Shown: piece after piece, positions 17,941 to 26,741 of the stretch | How the letters are laid out: every line of letters starts with the position of its first letter | Numbering within the stretch: position 1 is the stretch's first letter | Assembly (NCBI GenBank): GCA_012840355.1 | Contig: DULN01000010.1 | Coordinates: 226,683-290,682 of the forward strand | Origin: Clostridiales bacterium | GTDB taxonomy: Bacteria; Bacillota; Clostridia; Oscillospirales; CAG-272 | DNA length: 64,000 nt | Reading direction: 5' to 3' | Position numbers and translations under genes: made by a program | Notes under the pieces: model-generated | What the model was told of the DNA's origin: nothing | Database searches by the model: none | The model's input: the letters and a program-made list of their open reading frames with translations, nothing else

Positions 17941-18630
17941 TTATCGGTTTACCTGTCCTGTAGTATTTCCCGGTGTCCCGCCGGGTGCGCCGGGCTTGGG
18001 GGTTGCAACCGGCTTCGCATGTTTGCGTATAGCCGCGGCTGCCGCTTTAATTTCACGGCCGCTTAAAAACCGGCTGCGGTTGATATCGTGCAGCGCCACA
18101 AGCAGCCTGTCGGCGGTATAAAGGTAATCTTGACGCGTTTTGAACTTCACGTCGGGGTATACGAATACCGCAAGGTTTAAAATCGGGACATTGTAGACAT
18201 TTTCAGCCTTGAATATCCGTTCAAGCGCCTTGAGGCAAGCGGCGTTTTGCTCGAATGGGTTGCGGAAGGGGACAATTTTATCCCCGTAAACCTGACACCA
18301 ATCGCCTTTATTCGGGTTTTCAATGAAACCTCTGTGCCTCATAACTTTGATAATGCAGACGCCTCCCCGCCCGACCGATATAAGGTCGGCAGCCGCTCTG
18401 GGGCTTTGTGGATTTGCGGGTTCTTTGGGGAGCGTCACGTTGCTAAACAGCCGCTGTTTGGGGTAGGCAGTCGAAAGCAGGTTATATATGAACCTTGGGC
18501 TGCCTCGCCCGTATTTAAGAAGGCTTTCCGCGGTGAGTTTTGCCGCGACCCGCCTTACCATGGCGATGACGAAAATCAAAACGGCTACAACGCCCAGCGC
18601 CGCAAGAGTGATTTTAATAAAAATATCCAT
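17941..18630 (-). CDS. Membrane-anchored NERD-domain-like protein
   Basis: N-terminal TM (IKITLAALGVVAVLIFVIAMV), then ...AADLISVGRGGVCIIKVMRHRGFIEN...GDWCQVYG...FRNPFEQNAACLKALE, resembling the NERD pattern (D...xK...W...NP..Q). Confidence 0.5.
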   Translation of the reverse strand: MDIFIKITLAALGVVAVLIFVIAMVRRVAAKLTAESLLKYGRGSPRFIYNLLSTAYPKQRLFSNVTLPKEPANPQSPRAAADLISVGRGGVCIIKVMRHRGFIENPNKGDWCQVYGDKIVPFRNPFEQNAACLKALERIFKAENVYNVPILNLAVFVYPDVKFKTRQDYLYTADRLLVALHDINRSRFLSGREIKAAAAAIRKHAKPVATPKPGAPGGTPGNTTGQVNR

Positions 18631-18787
18631 TTATAATTTGTAAGCTTTCCAATTTCCCGCGCTGCCGCGGGTTTATGTTTTGCCTGGCAAGTTTAGACCG
18701 CAAAAAACAGAGATAGGCGGCGGACCGGTATCACGGCCCGCCGTCCGTGGGGAATCGACAGCGGCACGTGTGGTGCCGGCTTTTATG

Positions 18788-19036
18788 TCAATCTTTTACG
18801 GAATCAAGGGTTACGCCCTGTTCGGTGAGGTAATTGACAACGTCGCCGACGGTGATGAACTTGTGGATGTCTTCGTCCTTAATCTCGATACCGAACTTCT
18901 CCTCGCACATAAGTATAAGGTCGGCAAGCTCAAGCGAGTTGATGCCGAGGTCGTTGACCAGCTCGGCGTCGAGAGTGACGTCCTCAGGTTTAACCTGCAT
19001 ATCCTCAACCAAGATTTTTTTAACTGCTTCGAACAT
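18788..19036 (-). CDS. Acyl carrier protein
   Basis: 82 aa, acidic, with phosphopantetheine-site motif DLGINSLELADL (Ser in an NSL context). RBS AGGAGA. Confidence 0.8.
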   Translation of the reverse strand: MFEAVKKILVEDMQVKPEDVTLDAELVNDLGINSLELADLILMCEEKFGIEIKDEDIHKFITVGDVVNYLTEQGVTLDSVKD

Positions 19037-19071
19037 GGGTGCATTATCTCCTGGATGTATATTTAAATTTA

Positions 19072-20895
19072 TTATTTTACCAGATAACGCTTAATTTTGC
19101 GGGACGAGGTTTTCTCAAACTCGGTCTCGCGCAGCTCCACCGCGCGGATTTGCTTGTATATCGGCAGTGTGCGGTTAAGCTCGTTTGCCGCCTCGCGGAG
19201 CGATTTTTGAATCTCGTCTTTCGTTTTGCCCGCGCTGTGCTCAGGGTCGGGGTATATCACCGCGGTGAGCACCGTCTCCCCGGCCTCGTTCTTGCGGCCG
19301 ATTACCACGCACTCGCCGACGCCCGGAACCCGTGACAGCTTTTCCTCAAGCTCCTCGGGGAAGATGTTCTTCCCGTTTGAGAGGATTATCACGTTCTTCT
19401 TGCGGCCGGTGATATAAAGGTATCCGTCGGAGTCAAGATAGCCGATGTCTCCGGTCCTAAACCAGCCGTCTTCGGTGAAGGCCTCGCGCGTCGCATCCTC
19501 GTTTTTGTAGTAACCGAGCATGACGTTGTCGCCCTTGACGAGGATTTCGCCGACCGGGCCGGCAGGGCGGGGCATTTTCCGCGATTTGGTGTTCTCGTAT
19601 GTCACATAATCGCCGCCGCTCGGGTCGATTTTGACCTGGCAGCCTTTCACGGGTTGTCCGACTGAGCAAAGCCTGACTTTGCCGGGCGAGTTTACCGCCA
19701 CCAGCGGCGCGCACTCGGTTATGCCGTAGCCTTCGAGCACGGTGATGCCGAAAGTCTCAAAGTCTTTTATCAGCTTTGGGTCAAGCGGTGCGCCGCCGCA
19801 GACTATGCTGCGCAGGTTGCTGCCGAACGCTTCCTTGATTTTACTAAAAAGCTTGTCGCGCACGTCGATGCCAAGCGCGAGCAAAAAGTTCGAAAGCTTC
19901 ATCGCGGCTTTCACCTTGCCGCGCATGCCTTGTTTGTCAATTTCCGCCCAGATGCGCTTGTACATCGTCTCGACGAACAGCGGCACAAGCATCAGCGCGT
20001 TCGGCTTATAGTATAAGAAGGAACGCAGCGCGTTTTTCAGCCCGTCGTTGATATAAATTGAGCCTCCGATATTTTGTATCGCGAGATGCCCGCAGGTTAC
20101 TTCATACGAGTGGTGCATTGGGAGCACGGACACAAAGGTATTCGTGTCGTCGTATTCCATCGACTGGCACGAAGCGTTAGTCGCCGCGGTAAGGTTGCGC
20201 TGCGAAAGCATGACGCCCTTACTTGTGCCGGTCGTGCCGGACGTGAAAAGCAGCGCACACATTTTTTCCAAATCTATCCGGTGGCTGGTAAAGCGGGTGT
20301 CGCCGGAGGCAAGCAGCCGCTCGCCCATCTCAAGTAGCTTTGCCATCGGATACGTCCCGTCGGCGCCGCTATCGGCACCGCCGATCGGTATAAAGACCTT
20401 AACTCCCGGCGCGTTCTTCCTTATGCCCGGTATCCGCTTCGCCATCGATTCGGTATAAACCAGCGCCGAAGCTTCGGACAAGTTTAAAAAATCGGCGAGG
20501 TCGTAATCCGACAGGTCGCGGTCAAGTGGCACAATAACCCCGCCGCCGTTGACGGTCGCGAAGTACGCGGTCATATAGTGCGGGTGAGTGTCGCCGACGA
20601 CCGCGATGTGCTTGCCCATAAGTCCAAGCTCGGCGAAAGCGGTCCCGAGCCTATTCATATGCTCGAGATTGTCGCGATAGCTAAAGCGCAAAAGCTCCCC
20701 GTGCTCGCGGTACTCGTATAAGGCTTTGTCGCCGAAGAGCTCCGCGCCTGAGACGACCAGGTGACGCAGGTCGGTTATAACTTTGGGCTTGCGCCTTGCT
20801 TTAAGCTGATTTTTCAATTTTATATCGCTCCGTGCTTGAAAAAATCCGGCCGCCATGCGCGCGGCCTTATGTATATGCCATTCAACGCGTCCCAA
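19072..20895 (-). CDS. AMP-forming acyl-CoA/acyl-ACP ligase (long-chain fatty acid ligase family)
   Basis: AMP-binding motif LFTSGTTGTSKGVML, EGYGITE, TGDIGYLDSDGYLYITGRKKN. The start is uncertain: TTG at 20895 or ATG at 20856. Confidence 0.8.
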   Translation of the reverse strand: MGRVEWHIHKAARMAAGFFQARSDIKLKNQLKARRKPKVITDLRHLVVSGAELFGDKALYEYREHGELLRFSYRDNLEHMNRLGTAFAELGLMGKHIAVVGDTHPHYMTAYFATVNGGGVIVPLDRDLSDYDLADFLNLSEASALVYTESMAKRIPGIRKNAPGVKVFIPIGGADSGADGTYPMAKLLEMGERLLASGDTRFTSHRIDLEKMCALLFTSGTTGTSKGVMLSQRNLTAATNASCQSMEYDDTNTFVSVLPMHHSYEVTCGHLAIQNIGGSIYINDGLKNALRSFLYYKPNALMLVPLFVETMYKRIWAEIDKQGMRGKVKAAMKLSNFLLALGIDVRDKLFSKIKEAFGSNLRSIVCGGAPLDPKLIKDFETFGITVLEGYGITECAPLVAVNSPGKVRLCSVGQPVKGCQVKIDPSGGDYVTYENTKSRKMPRPAGPVGEILVKGDNVMLGYYKNEDATREAFTEDGWFRTGDIGYLDSDGYLYITGRKKNVIILSNGKNIFPEELEEKLSRVPGVGECVVIGRKNEAGETVLTAVIYPDPEHSAGKTKDEIQKSLREAANELNRTLPIYKQIRAVELRETEFEKTSSRKIKRYLVK

Positions 20896-21019
20896 GCATA
20901 CAATTTATTATATAAACCGCCGCCGTAAATGTCAAGGAATTTTTGTTATTAAATTGCTTATTTAATGTTAATATCGGGGCGCGGCTGGGCAGTTTTCACA
21001 AAATCGGGCGCGGCGCGTA

Positions 21020-21048
21020 TTTACAAATAGTTTCGCATGTGATATAAT
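21020..21048 (+). promoter_or_regulatory. Sigma-A-type promoter
   Basis: TTTACA (21020..21025), 17-nt spacer, TATAAT (21043..21048), with extended -10 TGa. Confidence 0.55.
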
Positions 21049-21095
21049 CGGCTACGGCAAAGGCAGGAATTTATGCGTATAACGGAGGGAACGGT

Positions 21096-21947
21096 ATGAA
21101 ACCTTGTGTAAGCTCGTATAGCTTTGGCAGGTATTTCGGCGAGCTTGGGCCCGAAGGCGTGATGCGGAAGGCTAAGGAATTCGGGCTTTCGGCAATCGAG
21201 TTTACCGACGGCGAGTGGACCGACAATCTATCGGTAGACACCGCAAAGCGCGTGCGCGAGAAAGCCGAGGAGCTGGGGATTGAGATTGCGTCGCTATGCG
21301 TTGGCGCGGATTTTCTCGTCGGGGATACGGCTGCCACGATTGAGAGGCTGCGCCGCTGCGTCGATTTCGCCGCCGCGCTCGGCGCAAAGGCGATGAGGCA
21401 CGACGTCGCGCAGCAGCCGCGCGGGCGCAAGTACCACATCGGCTACAGCGACGTGCTCCCAACGCTCGCGAGCGCGTGCCGCGAGGTTACAAAATACGCC
21501 GAACAGCTCGGCGTCCGCACGATGACCGAAAACCACGGCTATTTCTCGCAGGACGCTGCGAGGGTGGAGGCGCTTATCAACGCGGTCGGGCACCCCAACT
21601 TCGGCGCGCTTATTGACATCGGCAACTTCATGTGCGTCGACGAAGACCCGGTGGTATCGGTGGGAATAATGGCTCCGTATGCCTTCCACGTCCACGCGAA
21701 GGACTTCCACTTCAAGCCCGGCACGCTCGACTTTCCGGGCTACGGCTGGTTTATCACGCGTTCTGGGAACTACCTCCGCGGCGCGATTATCGGGCACGGC
21801 GACGCAAAGGTGTCGCAGAGCATCGGTATCCTCAAGCGCGCGGGATACACCGGCTATGTTTCCATCGAGTTTGAGGGCATCGAGGACAACCTGCTCGGCA
21901 TCAGGCTCGGGCTTGAAAATCTGAAAAAATATATTGAATCACAATGA
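21096..21947 (+). CDS. Sugar phosphate isomerase/epimerase (xylose-isomerase-like TIM barrel)
   Basis: 283 aa with the typical pattern ...TENHGYF..., LIDIGNF, HVHAKD, VSIEFEG. Confidence 0.75.
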   Translation: MKPCVSSYSFGRYFGELGPEGVMRKAKEFGLSAIEFTDGEWTDNLSVDTAKRVREKAEELGIEIASLCVGADFLVGDTAATIERLRRCVDFAAALGAKAMRHDVAQQPRGRKYHIGYSDVLPTLASACREVTKYAEQLGVRTMTENHGYFSQDAARVEALINAVGHPNFGALIDIGNFMCVDEDPVVSVGIMAPYAFHVHAKDFHFKPGTLDFPGYGWFITRSGNYLRGAIIGHGDAKVSQSIGILKRAGYTGYVSIEFEGIEDNLLGIRLGLENLKKYIESQ

Positions 21948-22642
21948 GCTATCCGGGCAAAAATAGAGAAGGCAGGGAAAAGAAACCTCGCCTGCGTGAG
22001 GAGAAGGCACTAGCCCTCAAGATAATCGGGGGCTGCGTCGCGGCTTTCGTCGTGCTGCTCGCGCTAAACCAGATTGATTTCGACGCGATTTATCGGAAGC
22101 TTTTTACTCCGAAGCCGCTTTCCGAAGCCGTTGGGGAGCCGCCTGTGAGTTTTGCGGTGGCGGACTACAGCGAAAACATATTCGAAGACCCCGAGTACTT
22201 GGCGCAAATCCGCGACATCAGGTACACCGAGGGCGCGCAGTCGACGATTATAACCGACGGAAACTTCTCGCAGTACGGCGTAGGCGTCGAGCTTTTGCAT
22301 AGGTATCTTGAGGCGGTAATAAACGGCGACGCCGAGGCGTTGCCGGGATTTTTCACCGAGGACTACAAGAAAAACAACAAGCTGCCGAAAAAGTTTACTA
22401 TGCAAAAGATATACGAGCCCGAAATAGAGTTATACTCCAAAAACATCATAAACGAGGGCAAACCCAACCAAATGACGCGCTACGAGTATATTATGCGCTA
22501 TAGAATCATGGACAATAACGGCACGTTCCGCAGCGACGTCGGCAGCGACGTGGCGGTGCCTGAAATATATGAAATAATTGAGTACGAAAGCACCGGCGAG
22601 GTTTTGATAAACAGCATAACAAAAATCAGGCGTGTACAATAA
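21944..22642 (+). CDS. Hypothetical single-pass membrane-anchored protein
   Basis: ATGA overlap with the upstream gene. Basic N-terminus, one TM (IIGGCVAAFVVLLAL), then a soluble domain of about 180 aa. No family recognised. Confidence 0.5.
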   Translation: MSYPGKNREGREKKPRLREEKALALKIIGGCVAAFVVLLALNQIDFDAIYRKLFTPKPLSEAVGEPPVSFAVADYSENIFEDPEYLAQIRDIRYTEGAQSTIITDGNFSQYGVGVELLHRYLEAVINGDAEALPGFFTEDYKKNNKLPKKFTMQKIYEPEIELYSKNIINEGKPNQMTRYEYIMRYRIMDNNGTFRSDVGSDVAVPEIYEIIEYESTGEVLINSITKIRRVQ

Positions 22643-22663
22643 AGTTTTGGGGAGGGAAGCGGC

Positions 22664-22891
22664 GTGACGAGCCTTATGCCGATATTTTGGCTGGCTGCGC
22701 TTGTGCTGTCGGCGCTGTGCAAGCTTTACGGCGGGCGCGCGGCTACGAAACTGGTTTATCCCTCAGCCGCCGCCCTCTTAGCCGCCGCCGTGCCCCTCCC
22801 CGCCCGATATCAGCTTTTAGTATTTGCCGTCGCGCTATTCTTTGTCGCAACGCTATCGCTTGTTAAAAGGATATTTACAAAAAAGTCATAA
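22664..22891 (+). CDS. Small hydrophobic membrane protein (hypothetical)
   Basis: GTG start preceded by a strong RBS (GGGGAGGGA). 75 aa with 2-3 predicted TM segments. Confidence 0.4.
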   Translation: MTSLMPIFWLAALVLSALCKLYGGRAATKLVYPSAAALLAAAVPLPARYQLLVFAVALFFVATLSLVKRIFTKKS

Positions 22892-22900
22892 AAATACCTC

Positions 22901-22929
22901 TTGCAAAAAACAAGGCTATGTGATATAAT
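22901..22929 (+). promoter_or_regulatory. Sigma-A-type promoter of tRNA-Glu
   Basis: TTGCAA (22901..22906), 17-nt spacer, TATAAT (22924..22929), with extended -10 TGa. Confidence 0.6.
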
Positions 22930-22948
22930 ATAGTCGTCCCAGGGAAAC

Positions 22949-23023
22949 GGCCTGTTGGTCAAGGGGTCAAGACGCCGCCCTCTCACGGCGGAAACGGGAG
23001 TTCGAATCTCCCACGGGTCACCA
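22949..23023 (+). tRNA. tRNA-Glu (anticodon CUC), with encoded CCA
   Basis: Cloverleaf folded by hand. Acceptor GGCCTGT/ACGGGTC (two G-U pairs), anticodon stem CCGCC/GGCGG, loop CT-CTC-AC, T arm GGGAG-TTCGAAT-CTCCC, discriminator A plus CCA. Confidence 0.9.
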
Positions 23024-23026
23024 TAA

Positions 23027-23062
23027 ACAGGCGTTGCGCAAGCGACGCCTGTCTATATTTTT
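23027..23062 (+). terminator. Intrinsic terminator after tRNA-Glu
   Basis: Stem acaggcgt (23027..23034) pairs with acgcctgt (23045..23052), followed by ctatattttt. Confidence 0.6.
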
Positions 23063-23220
23063 GCATAAACTTCGACGGTGTACTTAAAGTACGCCGCTTT
23101 TTACTTTTAGCCTGCAGTGTGAATATCCGGCGATTATAAAAAAACCGGCTCGGCACGCCGCGGCGAAAGCTTGGCGGCGCGGTTTAAAAGCGCCGGTAAT
23201 TTAAAGGGGGATTTAAAATA

Positions 23221-24447
23221 ATGCTTTTTGGGAATGCAGTCATCGGACAGTCGGGCGGGCCCACGGCGGCTATAAATGCGTCGCTTGCCGGGGTTATAAG
23301 GGGGCTATTTGAGGCTGGCTGCATCGGCAAAATTTATGGAATGAGAAACGGCGTCGAAGGGCTACTACAAAAGAGGCTGATAGACCTGCGCGAAGCGATC
23401 AAAGGTGAAGAGGACCTTTTGCTTTTGTCGCACACACCCGCGGCGGCGCTCGGTTCATGCCGAAAGAAGCTGCCAGAGGTCGAAAGCAACGACGTCGTGT
23501 ACAAAAAGCTATTTTCGATATTTGAAGAGTACGGCATCCGCTATTTCTTTTATATCGGCGGGAACGACTCGATGGACACGGTCGCCAAAGTTTCTGCGTA
23601 TGCCGAAAAAGTGGGTTACGAGATGCGGGTAATCGGCGTGCCTAAAACGATAGACAACGACGTTGTGGGCACCGATCATACGCCTGGATATGGCTCCTCG
23701 GCGAAGTTTATCGCCACGTCGATGCAGGAGATACTTCGCGACTGCGCGGTGTACACCGTCCCCGCGGTGACTGTCGTCGAAATCATGGGGCGCGACGCGG
23801 GCTGGCTGACAGCGGCGTCCGCGCTGCCAAGGCTGTATGCTAATGTCGCGCCGGATTATGTATACTTGCCAGAGCGCCCGTTTGATTTTGAAAGGCTGTA
23901 CGAAGACATCGCCGAAGCGTTCAAGCGCCACCCTAACGTGGTAATTGGCGTCTCCGAAGGGATTAGGTTTGCCGATGGCAGCTATGTAGGAAAGGCTGCG
24001 CATAGCGGGGTGCGCGACGTGTTCGGGCACAGTTACCTTTCGGGCACCGGCAGGGTCGTCGAGCGGGCGATAAAGGATAAGTTCGGCTGCAAGACAAGGA
24101 CAGTAGAGCTGAGCATCCTCCAGCGCTGCGCTTCGCATATTGCGTCCGAAACCGACTTAAAAGAGGCTCAGATGGTCGGCAGATCGGCTGTGGAGCATGC
24201 CATAGCGGGCGAAACCGGCAAAATGATGGCGTTCGAGCGCGTCTCGGATTCGCCATATGAGGTAAAGGTTATATCGAACGACATTAAGATTATCGCGAAC
24301 CGAATGCGTAAGGTGCCGGACGAGTTTATAGCTATAAGCGGCAACAACGTCACAGACGAATGCTTGCGCTATATCGAGCCTCTCATTTTAGGCGAGCCGA
24401 AGCTCGAGTTTGTCGGAGGAATACCGAGGCATTTTAGTTTTATATAA
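23221..24447 (+). CDS. 6-phosphofructokinase, probably PPi-dependent-type (PFP-like clade)
   Basis: GQSGGPTAAINAS N-terminal motif, YIGGNDSMDT, PKTIDND. Strong RBS AAAGGGGG. Confidence 0.85.
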   Translation: MLFGNAVIGQSGGPTAAINASLAGVIRGLFEAGCIGKIYGMRNGVEGLLQKRLIDLREAIKGEEDLLLLSHTPAAALGSCRKKLPEVESNDVVYKKLFSIFEEYGIRYFFYIGGNDSMDTVAKVSAYAEKVGYEMRVIGVPKTIDNDVVGTDHTPGYGSSAKFIATSMQEILRDCAVYTVPAVTVVEIMGRDAGWLTAASALPRLYANVAPDYVYLPERPFDFERLYEDIAEAFKRHPNVVIGVSEGIRFADGSYVGKAAHSGVRDVFGHSYLSGTGRVVERAIKDKFGCKTRTVELSILQRCASHIASETDLKEAQMVGRSAVEHAIAGETGKMMAFERVSDSPYEVKVISNDIKIIANRMRKVPDEFIAISGNNVTDECLRYIEPLILGEPKLEFVGGIPRHFSFI

Positions 24448-24613
24448 AACCAATCGGCATATCATGTAGGCTGGAAAGAACAACATGCTTTCAAACCTTT
24501 TCAATGCCGACCGCCCGTCGACGGACGTCGCGTCATACAGCAATCGCATAGAAAAGGCTCAAAATGTGAGAGTCGAGCAGATAATGAAATTTTTTAAAAA
24601 AGAACACAGCATA

Positions 24614-24643
24614 AGAAAAAACCCGCCCATTTGGCGGGTTTTC
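24614..24643. terminator. Bidirectional intrinsic terminator (pfk and GH36 genes converge)
   Basis: Stem aacccgcc (24620..24627) pairs with ggcgggtt (24633..24640), with an A-run upstream and a T-run downstream. Confidence 0.65.
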
Positions 24644-24653
24644 ATATTATGCA

Positions 24654-26639
24654 TTATCTTAGCTTTCTGTAAAAATAAATCACACCGCTCCTTTTCGGCA
24701 GCGTCACGGTAAAGGAAGCCAGCGCCTTGCCGCTTACGATAAACCGATTGCCCGACTCCGCTTCCTCAAGCTCGTAAAGGGCGTTTTCGTCGGCATGCAG
24801 GCGCAGGGTAAAACTTTCCTCCGGCGCGAGGATGTTGCGGATCGCCTGGAAAAATCCTTCGCCGCGCTCCGGGCTGTCAAACTGCATCGCGTACCAATCC
24901 TCTACCGAGCGGCGGCATTCGGTGAGTGGGATATAGTCGCAAGTAAGCTCAAGCTCGGCAACGCGCCGCCAAATCGCGTTCATCTCGCGCGTCAGCGCAA
25001 AGCGCTCGGTGTCGTTGCGGTCGGTCATTACGGTAATAGCCGGAGCCATCGCGTTGTGATAGGCAAACCGGTCGGTGGGGGAGGAGGTGTTATACTGGCC
25101 TGAGGTAGGCATATCCACCGTGCCGTCGTCGAAATTCATTGTGTGCGCGCGGAAATAGGGAATCCACTCGAACATATAGCGGTGCTGGATTTGCTTTAGT
25201 GGGTGGTTGCCATACCCCACGTCGGTGTAGTGGAGCGGGATAGCGCGGCGCATGGTTTCAAGATCGTTGCGCCGCCCGCCCGACGCGCAAGAGTCAATTA
25301 TAAGCCCGGGATTACGCGCCAAAAGCTCGTCCCAAAGTTTATAGTAGCCTTGCACATGCAGGTTTTCCGGCGCGCCGACCCTGCCTTCGGTTTCCGCCGC
25401 TATCCAGTTCGGCATCGGGTCATAGTTGAAGTCCTGCCGGTATATCCCCACGCCGTATTCTTTGATTAGGGAATCTATACGGTTCGTAATCCACTCTAGC
25501 GCTTCGGGGTCGCCGAGAAAGAGAAGCCCGTTGTGTTCGCGGCTGTTTTCCCCTTTGCGGTAGAGTATCCACTCTGGGTGCTCTGTCGCAAGCTCGGTGC
25601 CGGGGTAGACGCGCTCTGGCTCAAACCATAACAGCAGCTTTGCGCCAAGCTCGCGGCATTTGTCTGAAATCGGCCGCAGCCCGCTCGGGAAGCGGCTTGA
25701 GTCGTGCTGCCAAGTGCCCGTAGCCGGCCAGTTGAAGTCGCATTTGTACCAGCCTGCGTCTATCCACCACACGTCGGGCAAAATACCCGCGCGCGCGTAT
25801 TTTTCAAGGCCGTCGAGCTGGCTTTCTTCGGTCGTGCCGGTAAACTCGGGCCCGCCGTCGGCGAAAACGTGAAGGCACAGTTTAGGCGGCATCGGCTTTC
25901 CATTCTCGCGCGGCAGAATATGCGCATAATACCAGCGCCGCCACATGTTGCGCGCAGCGTGCATCGTGCCGCAGTATGCCATAAGCGTCACGCGCGGGGT
26001 GCGCATCGTCTCGCTGGGCTTTATATAGGATGCAAACCGCCGCTGCCCGACCGAGAGCCTCACGCCGCCCTCGCATGGGGTAAAATCGGCTTGCCAAAGC
26101 CCCGTCCAGCCGATGGCGATGTTGTAGCCCAAATCCTCGCAGCCGGAATATAGCCTCATATAAGGGCTTGCGCCGCAGCAGGGCGTGCCACTGCGGTCGT
26201 ACGGGTGTATGGAGCGCGTCTCGGTAAGCGGCTCGTCGAACATGCTATAGCCTGTGGGCGTGCAGTCGTCGCCGGGGCCGTAAATCAGCCTTGGGTTAGC
26301 GCAGGGGAGAAGCCAGCCGTCGAAAACCTTAAGCTCCGAAATAATCGGCGTGTTTTTGTTTCCATGGTTGGTAAGGTAGGCGACGGTTTCGGTAACAGGG
26401 AAATCGGAATAAACCGTTTGCTCTACACGCACCTCCAGCCCTTCGGGGCTTATGCCGGTTACGGTATAAAGCGTTATCGCCGAATCTATCGCAACCCGCC
26501 GGGTAACCGGACTGTATTCCTTAGGGATGCCTTTGACCAATCTGTCCCCAATCTTAAACGATACCGGCAGCTTCTCCGGCTCCGCGAAAGCCGCGATTTT
26601 TTCGTAGCCTGAATAAAAAGTGCCCATAAGCGTTACCAC
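24654..26639 (-). CDS. GH36-like alpha-galactosidase family glycoside hydrolase
   Basis: GIYRQDFNY (nucleophile-region analogue of the K-x-D motif) and DSCASGGRRNDLE (analogue of C-x-SGGGR-x-D). 661 aa. Start is the GTG at 26639 or the ATG at 26627. Confidence 0.55.
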   Translation of the reverse strand: MVTLMGTFYSGYEKIAAFAEPEKLPVSFKIGDRLVKGIPKEYSPVTRRVAIDSAITLYTVTGISPEGLEVRVEQTVYSDFPVTETVAYLTNHGNKNTPIISELKVFDGWLLPCANPRLIYGPGDDCTPTGYSMFDEPLTETRSIHPYDRSGTPCCGASPYMRLYSGCEDLGYNIAIGWTGLWQADFTPCEGGVRLSVGQRRFASYIKPSETMRTPRVTLMAYCGTMHAARNMWRRWYYAHILPRENGKPMPPKLCLHVFADGGPEFTGTTEESQLDGLEKYARAGILPDVWWIDAGWYKCDFNWPATGTWQHDSSRFPSGLRPISDKCRELGAKLLLWFEPERVYPGTELATEHPEWILYRKGENSREHNGLLFLGDPEALEWITNRIDSLIKEYGVGIYRQDFNYDPMPNWIAAETEGRVGAPENLHVQGYYKLWDELLARNPGLIIDSCASGGRRNDLETMRRAIPLHYTDVGYGNHPLKQIQHRYMFEWIPYFRAHTMNFDDGTVDMPTSGQYNTSSPTDRFAYHNAMAPAITVMTDRNDTERFALTREMNAIWRRVAELELTCDYIPLTECRRSVEDWYAMQFDSPERGEGFFQAIRNILAPEESFTLRLHADENALYELEEAESGNRFIVSGKALASFTVTLPKRSGVIYFYRKLR

Positions 26640-26698
26640 CCGCCCAAAAATCGTGTTCTTATGGGTATATTACTACTTCGAGCCGGTTAAGTCAACGG

Positions 26699-26737
26699 CA
26701 AAAATAAAAACGCGGCATGTTGCCGCGTCTTTTTTTA
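26699..26737. terminator. Intrinsic terminator after the DUF4091 gene
   Basis: Stem acgcggca (26710..26717) pairs with tgccgcgt (26721..26728). Flanked by aaaaataaaaa and cttttttta, so there is a U-run in either orientation. Confidence 0.6.
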
Positions 26738-26741
26738 TGTA

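Noticed and set aside
22892-23220. tRNA-Glu as a possible integration hotspot or genomic-island boundary
   Set aside because: There is no integrase and no direct repeat of the tRNA 3' end that I could find. The flanking genes (a small membrane protein, pfk) look like core genome with the same composition.
24485-24712. 75-aa ORF in the pfk 3' region
   Set aside because: It reads through the bidirectional terminator hairpin and into the convergent GH36 gene. It has no RBS and no recognisable domain.
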